From assembly GCF_006345805.1 (NCBI RefSeq), contig NC_042997.1:42718001-42782000 (forward strand): DNA of 64,000 nucleotides, in the 5' to 3' direction. Positions within the stretch are counted from its first letter, which is position 1, and every line of letters starts with the position of its first letter. Shown one piece after another: positions 13,450 to 26,963 of this stretch. This DNA is from Octopus sinensis. Its lineage: Eukaryota. A model generated the notes under the pieces. It was not told the DNA's origin. It ran no database searches and saw only the letters and a list, made by a program, of their open reading frames with translations. The position numbers and the translations under genes are program-made.

Positions 13450-14285
13450 AAAGAATTGGTCTAGCAATCCAAATTCTTAAAACTTTCATGCTCACATAAA
13501 AGAGAAATAATAATGATTTTGCAAAGAAATTAATAAATTACACAAAACAGTTTGAACAAGGAATCAAAATGGATTACAGACATGCTGAAGATATAAGAGC
13601 TTTAACGGGAATAGTTACATTTTTATACCATTTGATGAATATGCAATATTCCATATGTTCCTAACTGAAGTTATTTCAATTTCCCTCTGCTACGTATGCT
13701 TATGGAAAATCTACAACTTCACATTCCACTTCCTTCACAAATATAAAATTATGTGGCTTGTCCAAATAATTCAACGTTTGACAACAGAATTATGAAAGAG
13801 CAACCATCTCTCAACAATAAGAATAAAAGTACCATACTGTATTACTGAGTCATTGTCCATTGATAACAATGATTTAACTTTTATGACATTCATCAGAAGA
13901 ACAGATTCCACAAATACCAATGATACAATAAAAGTTTTTCAATAAATATCAAATAAGGTTAAGATCTGATAGAAATCAATATATAAGTGAAAGTCAGTAC
14001 GTCCGAAACATGATTTTTTTTTTCTTTATCTCTTTCTCTGCTAATTATTTAGTCATGGAAAACCACACAGGATTGCAATGAGTAACGATGTGGCTGCTAG
14101 AATCTGATATTGAACTGATGATCAAGCTTTTCCCAAGATAACTAACCAATAAATGTTTCCAATTATTTGCATTCATTATGCAACATAACCAGAGAAATGA
14201 ATTAATTAGGTTGTATTTTATTTTTTCCAGATGGTCATTTTTGAAGTTAGTGAACACATTACAAAGATATGTAGATTACAATGGG

Positions 14286-14336
<51 letters not shown>

Positions 14337-16775
14337 GTTTCTTCATTGGTGCAGTCCAAAAATCTCCTTTATTAACATCTGATCCTGAATAATACTGAGA
14401 AAATCACCCAAGACCAAGAGAACTGCAGATACTTAAATATAAACTTAACACAACTACTTCTTGCTTTAAGTATTATGTCTACATGAAATCCATTAAAAAA
14501 ATTCTAGTGGTGCTAATGTATAAGGTAATGAACACTATGGTATTCTTAGCTCTGCTGATAGAACTAATAATAGTGACTCATCCATAGATATAAATACATA
14601 TACATAAGTGCTACTGTTTTGTATTTCTTTACAAACAATAATCTGCTCAGTATATCTTTCACATATATCTTCCATTAACATTACAAAATTTCATTAAATA
14701 TTTAAATAGGTTTTCTCAAATGGAAGCGTTCATCAATATGAAATTATACAAAATACAGACGCTCAACATTTGAAAAAATTCTTTTTTTCTTTTATTTAGC
14801 TTCTTTTCTTTAATAAACCTCATATAATAATACATGATCATTTTCTTTTTTTTTTTATTATTGTTTTCAACATTTTGCTTTAATTCTAGAAAGGACTAGT
14901 ACCAAGTGCAAATATGTGAGATTTGCATGTATTGTAGAAGTTGGGAATTTTAACAGCTAGATGCTCCTTCTAAAATGAATCACTCTTTAAACCCTTGTCG
15001 CTTCATCAAACCAATATGTCCTGGGTTGAAACTAAAGCAAGTACTAGCTTGAAAAGATGAAAGGGTTAATATTTCAACAACTTGATTATTATAATGACTG
15101 AATCAAGTTTACAAATCAAAACGTGTTCGCCCACTGAAAAAGTATTGCAAAAGTTTGTTTGCTATTGTTTTTTTAGCAGAATGAATTAAAGCTACTCTAC
15201 ACAGTGATGATATTTCCCTAAAATAACTAGCTCCATGAAAATTCTATGAATTTCAGTTATTTTAGCCTTTGATATTAAATATAATAGAATTACGAGGAAG
15301 GGAATCAAATTATATTTTTATTTATATGTCCTCAGCCTACCAACAACCAGCATACAACAGTAAGCTATTTTCTTACAATTATAATTTCAGAATAACACTA
15401 TAAATCAACATTTTCAACTGAAATATTCAGACTGCACATGGATTTGAAAAATAAACAGATTGGACTTTCTCTTACAGAAATATAGTTTCTGAAAACCTCC
15501 CATATCAGAGATTTCAGAATAGTTATTGTATAAGATATTTTATCATAAAACTTTATTATTGTAACTCTATTCTACTTATCCTCTGATCACAACCTGTATA
15601 ATAATTTATAATTTGTTTTAACAGCTAATGTTTGAATTAATAAATGTTACATAAATCCCTTAAAGCTTATCACACTGTGTGTGTATGTAATAACAGCTAA
15701 CATTCTTTTCATACTTTATTACTATCTCTACAAGGAACACAAACTGGAATGAGATCTTTATGGCTCCAAATAAACACCGTTGTTGATGAATGATTTTATA
15801 GATAAAGAGTAATTAAATACAAATTATTAGAAGTATCTTGATTGTTTTAGTACCAAACAAAAATAAAACTCAGTAAATTCTTTGGTAAGCAGCTAAAAGG
15901 TTAAACATTCCAATAAAAACAATACACTAAAGTTTAAATCACTGAATTACTCCTCCCTACTTAAACTTCTGTAAGGAAACACGACTGTTTCAGAAAGTCA
16001 ACATATGGTTCTGATCTTCTAAGTTTTTGTCAACATGTGATAAAAAAAAAGTTTTTTTTTTACATTTCAACTTATCACATTCTATTTATATTTAGTTTGA
16101 ACATAGTTGGAAAATTATTAAAAGTTTGAATAAAATGAGTAATTTCACCAGTGTAACTGCTAACTCAAAAATTAAAAAAAATTTTAATTTTTACTCTTCC
16201 ATAAATATCTGAAAGGAGGTGATTAAATGTACTTATACATTATTTACTGATCACCTCAAAATAGATGGTTTATAACATAAAACTAAATGGTGAACTCAAA
16301 TGCTACAAGATATAACATTTCTGAATTAATCTCCAAAGATCATAATTCTTCTGAAATCTAGCAGCAGCTGCTATAAGAGTCAAAGTTCAGGTTGTTCTTG
16401 ATATAAAGAACCTTAGTGTCTAATGATAAAATAATATCACAAGTCACATCATAAAATATAAATATAAAACCAGTTTCAAATTATAAACATCTTTTAGACA
16501 GGCTGGATTCAAACTATTTTCAAATAATAAGAACAAGAAACGAAATCAGTTTACAAGAGAAAGTATGAAATCTGTTCAGCAACAAACCAATGTAATACCA
16601 TAAAAGAAAAGATGTAAATATTTTGAATAACTATCAGCAAGATAAAAGGGAATATGTTTGGTTAAAATTTTTTAATAGAAATTATTAATGTAAGACAGGC
16701 TACCAATAAGCACTTTGTTTCACCACAGAAAAATACAACATAATTAAGTAAACAATATAAGCTGTTAAAAAGGTA

Positions 16776-17545
16776 ATGAGCAAGTGCCTGTCCAACAGTG
16801 ATTGCATCATCCATACTCTCAACAATGCCCAGTCTCTTTTACAATCTCTTGAACAAGCCTCAAATTGTGTAGGTCTTTACCTCAATGAGGCCAAGACTGA
16901 ATACATAAACAAGTGCCTGTCCAACAGTGATTGCATCATCCATACTCTCAACAATGCGCCCTTAAATATGGTTTCTGATCACAAATATCTTGGGTCATAC
17001 ATATCATCATCTGGAAAAGACTTTCTAACTAGAAAGGGTATGGCCTGGTCAGCCTGTAATGACATGCATAAGATCTGGTCATCAAATCTAAGTAGAGACT
17101 TCAAACTTGAAATCTTCAAAGCCACAGTCGAACCAATTCTACTATATGGCTCAGAAACCTGGACGTTATCAAAGAAGCTTGAGAGGCGGTTGGATGGAAC
17201 CTACACTCGCCTCCTTATGAGAGCTCAAAATCTCTCGTGGAAGCACCATCCAACCAAAATGCAAATATATGGGAAACTACCACCTGTGTCATCTCTTGTG
17301 AAAGGTAGGAGAGTCCAGTTTGCTGGACATTGTTGTAGAGCTGAAAAAGAAGTAATTTCTACTCTTCTCCTCTGGAAGCCATCTACTGGCAATACCAGAG
17401 GGCGCACACTCTCCTACCCTGATGTAATCTCCAGGGATACAGGCATCCAGCAACAGGACCTCTGTAATGCCATGATGGACCGTGAAGTCTGGTGTAGCAT
17501 GGTAAATTCCATTGTCTCGACCACGGTCGAACAATGATGATGTTG
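16776..17545 (+). mobile_element. 5'-truncated RTE-group LINE (RT C-terminus)
   Basis: GLYLNEAKTEY, KYLGS, EPILLYGSETWTL, RRVQFAGHC; (GAT)n tail; AATGAGCAA target-site duplication at 16775 and 17546. Confidence 0.88.
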
Positions 17546-20306
17546 AATGAGCAATATGATAGTATTGTGTTCTTAATGAACATTCCATGAATCTGTATCC
17601 TCCTGCAAGTCTTGTCTTGAATATCTGATTATGGCAAATAATTCCATTTTCCTAAAGCTACTCTACATATTACAAACATAAAATGGGAAAAAATAGGAGT
17701 GACAGGAATTGAGAGAGCAAAAGACTAAATGACTTACAACTAATTAGTTTCCTGAATCAGTGATTGAAATTAAAATCAACCCCAATTGTTTCGTTTCCCT
17801 CCTGCTTCCCGATCAAATATATGGATTTGTGCCAATGTAAAAAACAACTATGAATTTCAAATAATATTTTATCTTACTCTAAGTAAAAATGTGTCTGTTA
17901 GGAAGCAAAGGTAAAATTTTGTTTGACAAGTATCACCAAGTACAACAGTGGGAAGTATTTTAGGATAAAAGGTGAGCTTCAGACAGAGATGAGTCAGAGA
18001 CATGGTTTTGAGAATGAGTTGAAACCAATTCCTTTTGCATGCTAACATCATTGAGAAATAGTTTGAACATCATCCAATCTTATCTGCTACAAATTTACAC
18101 CTTATATCTCATTAAGAAAATGGTATTGACCGTGATTTTGCTGCTTTTTATGTGGTTTATCTTTCATTCACTTAAGAGAACCAGAGCTGAGCACTGGAAA
18201 GATGGACACTTGTGATTTAAAATGAATAAAAGGGAAATCTACAGAAATTTTCAAAAGTAAATATAAATAGTAAATATTTGAAATAGGAAAAAGTAAAAAC
18301 AACTGGTAAGAAAAGGAAATAATTCTATTTTGGTAAAGATGCTAAATAAACAAACTTAAACTGAAATATTTTGTAAAATATATTTCAGATTATTGGACTA
18401 GGAATGTCACTGATCAGTAATGATGTCTAAGCACTAGCAGGTCATATTAATTTATTTGGAATACTATTACATACAAACCAGGCATATTAACTGGATCAGA
18501 GAAATACTGTTGAATATTATAAAATAAGCAAGGATTGTGTACAAAATGAAATATTTTATTATTATTGCAATTTTCTTATTAAGTGTCCTAAACTGAATTT
18601 CTTTGACACTAGAGAAAGCTGTACTACTATTTACATGGCATCTATGTTGTACTTCAGTGAAGCTCACATCTATCATGGTTTACCTGCTTTTACAAACATC
18701 CTATTCTACATTGTCTCAGTCCATCTAGTTGATAGTAGATCATCTGGATATCAACCCCAGACCTGAATCTACAAGTTGTCAAGGAATATCTTTCTTTCAG
18801 ATCTGGACTACTTCTGACTATGTGTATCAAAATTGAGCCTAGCAAGATTTGAACTAAGGGATATAGAATATTGCAAGATTTTTGTCTGACGCTCAAACAT
18901 AACACTATCCCACTTCTGATTCACACACTAAAATATCAAAAATTTTTATTGTGTTTTAAAACAAAGTTAAGCAGATTTTCTTGTTTTTAGGCACTTTACA
19001 TTACATAATTTTCATAAGGAATTTCTTGAGTTTACATGATGATTCATAAATCAGGTTTGTTATGCATGAAGCTAAGTTTGAAAACTAGATTTGAAAATGA
19101 AAAATACTAAATAGTAGAAACAGTGCAAAATAAAAGCAGAAATACTGGAAACAAAACAGAATTAGATTAATTTCTATAATTAAAAAAAAAACAGGAATTT
19201 TTGAGTGATTTAAACTAAACCAATAAAATTGTTTAAATGATTTATTTAAAAAAAATATTGATGTATAAATAGTATGATTTATGATTTTCTCTATTATTAT
19301 TATTTTTATTTTTTTTCTCTTTGGAATGAGAGCAAATGTAATTTAGAAAAGAAAAAGTTATATAGTCCAGAAGAAAATATCTATCAGCACATTACATGCA
19401 AGCACACATACATTCTGGGTCACCATACAACCACACACACACTCACTATTCAAATGTAATAATAAAGGCAGGTTGAATATTTTATGGCTACATTGTTTTC
19501 TCTTATGTTTTCTTCACTTATTGTTTTCCATTTTTAAATTGATTCAGTATTGATTTAGATTCAGTATTGATTTGAACTAAATTTAAATTATATAATGTTC
19601 TGAGTATTATTAAATCTTCAATTTCAGTTTTTTTTTTTATAAAGTTTAAGCAAATACAAGAAAACTGACAAACTCAAAATGAAAGATAAAATAGCAAAAG
19701 TATAGAAATATAAAGAAAGAACAGTAATAATAAATATATAATAAAAATATAATCATTTAAAAAAAAATTCTTGAGCAGAAATGATAGAAAAGAAAGTTAA
19801 AAGATATTAAGCGGTAGCATTTCATCATTCTTTGTTATCCATATTTTGGCTAATATTTTGAAAAAAGATAATCATGCTACATAGCACACTAGTTTTTATT
19901 ATTTTTAACTATAAAACTATTTAAGGTTATAAAGTAACAAAGTTGAGATCAAAATGTAAAGTAAAAACTTATTTATGTTTGCTTTAACATATTAAACAAT
20001 AAACCAGACATCTATTGTTCAATTATTATCAGAATATTGCTAGGATATCAAGATGTGAAAACATTTACAAACACAGACATAATCAAAAATCAAAGAACTA
20101 TCCATACTCTAATATAAATCAATAGTTTTTCTATATTGAAATTTTACTGATTCTCATCAAATATAAGCTCAAATTATGCAATAGATATGTACAAAATGTT
20201 AAATGTCCTTTTAAAAACAACTGAGTCTTGAATAAGTGAGTTAGTGCATGAGTTAAAGAGTTAAAAAGGTATAAAATAAAAGAGCAGCTGCAGCAACAAT
20301 ACTTAC

Positions 20307-20641
20307 GAGGCAGGATTTCCTCAGGTGGGTAATTATATTCATAGCGAAATTTTTCCCGCACATTAATACCAGTGAGTGTAGTTTGCGTGAAGTAGGTAAT
20401 ATTTTCATGGCCAAACATATTGGCTACTCCGAAATTGTCAATGAGTAATTGCATAATCCGAATAGCTAGTTCCACTTTGTCTGGGTCATCAGCGCACGTT
20501 AAAAACATGCTTCCAGCAACACTCCGAGCCAATGTTTCCACTGTCATGGAATTGATATCGGAATGATTAACAATCCGAAACCATATTCCAAACAGTAAAG
20601 AAACAAGTTGACGGTGACTAACACTAAGGGACTGGATAAAC
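20307..20641 (-). CDS. RhoGAP gene exon (C-terminal half of domain)
   Basis: tttaaag|GTTTATC...CTGCCTC|gtaagt; 335 nt, phase 2 to 1; FIQSLSVSHRQLVSLLFGIWFRIVNHSDINSMTVETLARSVAGSMFL...IMQLLIDNF...PPEEILP; overlaps track ORF 20131..20547. Confidence 0.92.
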
Positions 20642-22014
20642 CTTTAAAAATAATAAGAACAGAGAATAATAATCATAAAAAAACAATGCAAATAAATAAA
20701 AATAAAGGTGTAAATTTAGTAAATACATGTTTATCACAGGATTTAGTTAAAAAAAGATGTCACAGTCGAAAATGAATCTTCTCCACTTAGTAAATAGAAA
20801 TAATGGTAGTGTCATTGACACTAAACTCTCAGTCCTTTTCCTCTAAAGAATACACTCATTTGCATCATTTCTTAGGATAGGTAACTTTGCATGTTCTCTT
20901 TCCATAGTTCTTATTATGATGGGTGTGTGCATGTGAATTCATGAAAAAGAATACACAGCCTTGTAGCACAGTGATGTAAATACAAGTGATAGACCATGCA
21001 TTCTGGGTAATTGGGACTTGTGGCTGGTCACCAGGGTGCACTTTTGTGGTATAAGTAAAATTTTCAATTGATTACAAACCTGTGTTATCACAGATCGATT
21101 TGTGATAACTGTGACATGGGTCTCAGTTGAGCGTGCCATGTTCTCCTGGGTCAGTGATAAACAACCCAGTAATAGATGAGGCTACAGATTTTAGGATTAA
21201 TGTTTTACTGCTGAATTACACCGTTATAATAATAGCAACAAAAGAGCTTCACTCATAAGATAATGCAATTCTGAACCATTAACCACACATTTACAGTGTA
21301 TATTGACATTTTGATCAATCTGATCTACACTCCAGTTGTTACCAGGTGTCTTGTTTCCAGGTGACCATGGAATCCCAGATTGAATTCAAGCTATGAATAT
21401 TAGAAAAATACATGTATTGAACTAGAAATTATTTCTCATCAACCACAAAATCTGTATTACATTCATATCAGCAAGACTATAATTACTATAGAAAAATCCT
21501 GACAAACCCCTAATTTTTCAAGCCCATAAAAACAGAAAGGTAAAATTACTAAAATAATAACAATAATAAAAAAAAAAATGATACTACAACAGATACCAGA
21601 ACACATAGCAAATTTTTTCATTAGTTAGAGGAGAAAGTGTAGCAGTATCCATAACTTCTGCAAGCTCTCCAAACTGGAGAGAGCAATACAGTTAATGTTC
21701 AGTTTGAGCATGAGTAGGAAAAATATAGAAGAGGATTTCAGAAGATTGTAGTTCTGGGAAGTCATGATTCAGTAAAGTTTTTAGTGAGAGATTTGAGAGG
21801 GGAAAGAGTATGAGGAGAAAGGGAGGAAGTGTGTATGCCATTTAGACCCAAGCTTGGGCCTAAGTGACCTGGAGTTAGCCAACTGAGAGGAACAGAGACT
21901 GTTACAGTAGAATAGAAGAAATGGGGAGAAGAAACAGCATGTTTATGAACCAGTGATTTTAGTGGGTTTGCTGATCAAAAATTTGACAATTAGCCAAATA
22001 GTCTGTTTTTTTCT

Positions 22015-22214
22015 TTCTCTTTTACTTGTTTCAGTCATTTGACTGCGGCCATGCTGGAGCACCGCCTTTAGTCGAGCAAATTGACCCTGGGACTTTCTTT
22101 GTAAGCCCAGTACTTATTCTATCGGTCTCTTTTTGCCGAACCGCTAAGTGACGGGGACGTAAACACACCAGCATCGGTTGTAAAGCAATGCTAGGGGGAC
22201 AAACACAGACACAA

Positions 22215-22245
<31 letters not shown>

Positions 22246-22387
22246 CATATATACGACAGACTTCTTTCAGTTTCCGTCTACCAAATCCACTCACAAGGCA
22301 TTGGTCGGCCCGGGGCTATAGCAGAAGACACTTGCCCAAGATGCCACGCAGTGGGACTGAACCCTGAACCATGTGGTTGGTTAGCAA
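22015..22387 (-). mobile_element. tRNA-derived SINE, family B (internal TA/TG microsatellite), 5'-truncated
   Basis: GTGAGTGGATTTGGTAGACGGAAACTGAAAGAAG body; 32-bp TSD at 21981-22012 and 22389-22420. Confidence 0.88.
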
Positions 22388-22479
22388 TATTTGACAATTA
22401 GCCAAATAGTCTGTTTTTTTTTATAATTATTTTTTTATGCATTTCAAGATATTTGCATATATAGTGTCAGCACCTTCCC

Positions 22480-23010
22480 TTTAGTCAGGAATTCTTCATG
22501 TGTGATAGGGTGTAGTAAAAGACTGTTTACATTTAGATGTTTGGTAATTGTAACTGTGTGCTGTTAAAGGAAATTAGATGGCCGTGTCCCCATTATAGAA
22601 ATAAAGAAGTCATTTGTGGCTTCTATTCCTATGAAAATTTTGTATGTCTGGTATGAAATGTTTAGGATGCATATAGATGACAAACATCTATGTGAAGTTT
22701 ATAGAAGAATGTAAAGGGAAAAATAGTATTATCCGTATAGGAGTAAATCTAATTAGAAGTATCAATAAATCAATTGAAAGGAAGGATATAGGAGATATAA
22801 ATCAACCTTACTCATACACTATAATTTATGCAAGGAGTCCCATCAGTATATTCGGCAACTTAGAGGTCTTTTAAGAAATTTCCAATCCAAAAGATGAGAG
22901 ATGATTGAAGTCCATAGATGGGTAATTTAGTTAACAATTCTGATGTCAGATATGGTCAAAGATTTGCTGATGTCCAGAGCAACAACACAAGAAACATAAG
23001 CTTTTTTTTT
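22480..23010 (-). mobile_element. Highly decayed Jockey/CR1-group RT relic
   Basis: Frameshifted VVALDISK...TKLPIYGL...FWIGNFLKD and IYSYTDNT. Confidence 0.45.
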
Positions 23011-23962
23011 TTAAGAAAGCAATAATTCTTAACACATTTACATCAAGAGATGATGCTATAGTCTGTTTCTAACTGATTACATTTTCATTTAATATTCTTG
23101 CCCTTTAAAAAATTTTAGAGATATTTCAGTGAGACATAAGTTCCAAATCTATGTTTTTATATTTTGCAGAGATTTACATAGTTATTTTCAGAAAACAGAA
23201 CATTGAAGCTATACAGCCACAGGAATGGTAGTTTGCTAAATAGTTTGTTACCAAATCATGTAGTTTTGGTTCAGTTCCACTGTGTGGCACCTTGGGCAAA
23301 TGTCTTCTAATTTAGCCCTGGGCTTATCAAAGCCTTGTGAGTGGATTTGGTAGACTGAAACTGATAGAAGCTCTGTTTGTGTGTCCTTGTCTTGACATCA
23401 AGTGATAGTTGTAAATGAGTATCATCCTCCAGGGCTGACAACAGGAAGGCATCTGGTTATAGAAAGTCTACCTCTACAAACACCATCTGACATATGCAAG
23501 CAAGGAAGAATGGACACTAAAACTATAATGGTGACGAAAACTGTAAACCCAGTAGAATAATTTGTTATCCCTCTTAATGCAGTTTAACTTTGCTGCAATT
23601 CACCAAAACTTTGATGTCCACACAATCAGGCTACACTTCAAACAAAATGCATCATGCCATGATTGCTACACTTTAAACCACACAGCCAAGCACTGCATAA
23701 CTGTGTGCAAATTAGCACAATTGTGTGTGTATGTATTTTATTTGTGAATTAAGGCTACCATTTGTTTCATGTTATCAAAAATATCTTAACAATTTTTCAA
23801 GATGTTAAAATATTTTTCTTAACATGAAACCAATGGTAGCTTTAACACATAAATAAAGAAATTCTATTCACCAATGTGGTGTTCTGCACTCATTCTCATC
23901 GTCAGACATTCACACATATATATATATATATGCTAAATGATGATGATATATATATATATATA

Positions 23963-24361
23963 TGCCAGCCTCGCCTGGCCCCCGTGCCAGTGGCACATAA
24001 AAAGCACCATCCGTTCGTGGCCGTTGCCAGCCTCACCTGGCCCCTGTGCCGGTGGCACATAAAAAGCACCATCCGTTTGTGGCCGTTGCCAGCCTCGCTC
24101 GCCTGGCCCCCGTGCCAGTGGCACATAAAAAGCACCATCCGTTCGTGGCCAGCTCTGTCTGGCACCTGTGCAGGTGGCACGTAAAAAGCACCCACTACAC
24201 TCATGGAGTGGTTGGCGTTAGGAAGGGCATCCAGCCGTAGAAACACTGCCAGATCTGACTAGGCCTGATGAAGCCTTCTGGCTTCACAGACCCCAGTTGA
24301 ACCGTCCAACCCATGCTAGCATGGAAAGCGGACATTAAACGATGATGATGATGATGATGAT
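23963..24361 (+). mobile_element. RTE 3'-UTR-type repeat with 4 internal ~60-bp units
   Basis: Same module as 11640-11947; (GAT)n tail. Confidence 0.8.
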
Positions 24362-25087
24362 ATATATATATATATAAATAAACACACACACACACACAAT
24401 TGGTTTTCTATGCTGGCTAACCACAGCGAATGTTGGCGATACCTACTGTGGTTAACTGCCAAACAAAACTGATTTAAGAGGAAATATGGTAACTGGCAGG
24501 ATTACATATCCCTTTGAAATCACTTTTTGGAAATGAGAGAAAGTAAATGGAATTCACGAGGAGATTATTATTCAATACAATCCTTTTGACCCATTGTGCA
24601 CCAGTGCCTCACAGATGATATGCTATACAAACAGCTGTTATGCACTAAAGGTGCAGATGCATCTCATCAGGTGACTCGTCAAAACCTGTTCCTCATGTAG
24701 ATGAGTAACACACTGCAACTACCAAAATGTATCTAATAGAAATAAGTGAAACACAAATTAAGAAAATGAGGTACCTTGTGACAGGTCACTTGATGAGACA
24801 CATCTGCCCCTTTGATGAATGACAACAGTTTGTATAGGACCTCAGTCGTGAGGCACTGATGCACGAGAGGTTGAAACAATCGTAGTGAATAATAAAGAAT
24901 TTTGTGAACACCATTTTCTTTCTTTCCTCTCCTATATTTATAAACTCTGTTGACACAAAGGAATTCTTGAAGTAAATCCAGTGGCATTTAAACCCATACT
25001 GTTGATGATGTCAAGCAGCTGAATACAGTGAACAAGCTTTAAACAGCATACTATAAGGTGTAGATCTGAATATAAAATCATTACTAT

Positions 25088-25503
25088 AGGTGTAGGAGTG
25101 GCTGTGTGGTAAGTGGCTTGCTTATGATCCACATAGTTCCGGGTTCAACCCCACTGTATGGCACCTTGAGCAAGCTTCTACTATAGCCTCGGGCCGACCA
25201 AACCCTTGTGAGTGGATTTGGTAGACAGAAACTGAAAGAAGTCCATCGTATATATGTATATATATATGTATGTATGTATGTGTGTCTGTGTTTGTCCCCC
25301 CAACATCGCTTGACAACTGATGCTGGTGTGTTTACGTCCCTGTAACTTAGCAGTTCGGCAAAAGAGACCGATAGAATAAGTACTAGGCTTACAAAGATTA
25401 AGTCCTGGGGTCGATTTGCTTGACTAAAGGCGATGCTCCAGCATGGCCACAGTCAAATGACTGAAAGAGTAAAGAGTAAAGAGTAAGAGTAAAGAGTAAA
25501 GAG
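25088..25503 (+). mobile_element. tRNA-derived SINE, family B
   Basis: GGAGTGGCTGTGTGGTAAG A box, GGTTCAACCC B box; (AAGAGTA)n tail. Confidence 0.88.
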
Positions 25504-26096
25504 GGTGCAATGTCACGGTTTTATATTTTTGATTTTGCACATGCACATTGCTTTTGATTTTGTTGACTGCACAGTATCGTAGGGTCCGTTGGGCACAGTC
25601 TGTGAGAAAAAGAGCACCATGACACAGTTCAAACTGCCAAAGATTTGGAAACAACATGCTGTACTGCTTGGAATTCATGCCAGAAGCTTCAATATGAACA
25701 TTTCAAAGTGTTTGTGGGTCTGTCTGAGGACATGTACTGAGAGTGATAAAAATCAAACATCCAGTCATCTGCAGTTACAACTGTGATGTTGGTAAAACAT
25801 GTTCTTTGTCTATCTCCTTATCCTCTTGGAGATTTTGGATAAAATTATACTAATGTATCCTTTAAATTTAATTAAATGCTATGTTTTTGTGCAGCTGAAG
25901 ATTGCTCTACATTTTAAATTGATGTAATGATTGCATTGTTCAATTAAATGGAGTCGCATGAAACGATCATACTGCATTACCTCTGGATATCCTTGTTGCT
26001 TATTTTGATTTTAATCACCTTATTTTAAATTGTATGGCTAATACCATACTAAATTCTGGTGCCTCAACTTAAGTACCATATTCATCTGAATCTATA

Positions 26097-26452
26097 TCAT
26101 CATCATCATCATCATTTAACGTCCGTTCTCCATGCTAGCATGGGTTGGACGGTTCGACCGGGGATCTGGGAAGCCAGAAGGCTGCACCAGGCTCCGGTCT
26201 TATCTGGCAACGTTTCTACAGCTGGATGCCCTTCCTAACGCCAACCACTCCGTGAGTGTAGTAGGTGCTTTTTACGTGCCACCTGCACTGGTGCCATCAA
26301 GGCTGGCATTGGCCACGGTCGGATTGGTGCATTTTATGGAAGCCAGTCGAGGCAGCACTGGCTTCGGCTATGATTCGGATGGTGCTTTTTACGTGCCACC
26401 GACACGGAAGCCAGTCGAGGCGGCGCTGGCATTGGCCACAATTCGGATAGTG

Positions 26453-26453
<1 letters not shown>
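26097..26453 (-). mobile_element. RTE 3'-UTR-type repeat (second subfamily)
   Basis: (CAT)n tail; near-identical to 35168-35612. Confidence 0.8.
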
Positions 26454-26490
<37 letters not shown>

Positions 26491-26538
26491 AAATGTGTAA
26501 AACCTTAAAGGTATTTAGACATTTAATAAGAGCAATTA

Positions 26539-26925
26539 TCTATATATATAAAACTGAGAATGTGTGTCTGTCTGTCTGTGTGTTTCCCTAAAACTTGAGA
26601 ACTACACAACCAATTTCATTCAAATTTTACACATGCCTTACTTAATTTTAACTTTTTCCCTAGGGCGACCCCACAACAATATCAAATCTTCTCCACTATT
26701 TCAGTATTACGTGTTAAAAGTGAAACAAAAACATCTCTCTTTTGTAATGCAGATACTTTCACTTTAATACTGAAACTATTAAAGCGAACGTATTATATAA
26801 CAGGGATGAACCATTAACAAGTGGTCATCCATTTCGCTAGAAGAAGATCCGCTATGGTCTTATATGCTACACCACTGGTTTTCAATTCATATTAATCAAA
26901 TTAATATTCAATTTTTCACCCTTAT

Positions 26926-26963
<38 letters not shown>

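Noticed and set aside
20131-20547. Stand-alone 138-aa ORF
   Set aside because: It is an internal exon read through the donor at 20306; the KYCCCSCS tail is intronic.
24238-24295. Hammerhead in the RTE UTR (GAAAC...CTGATGA)
   Set aside because: No stem III or correctly placed UH site, and CTGATGA is not conserved among copies.
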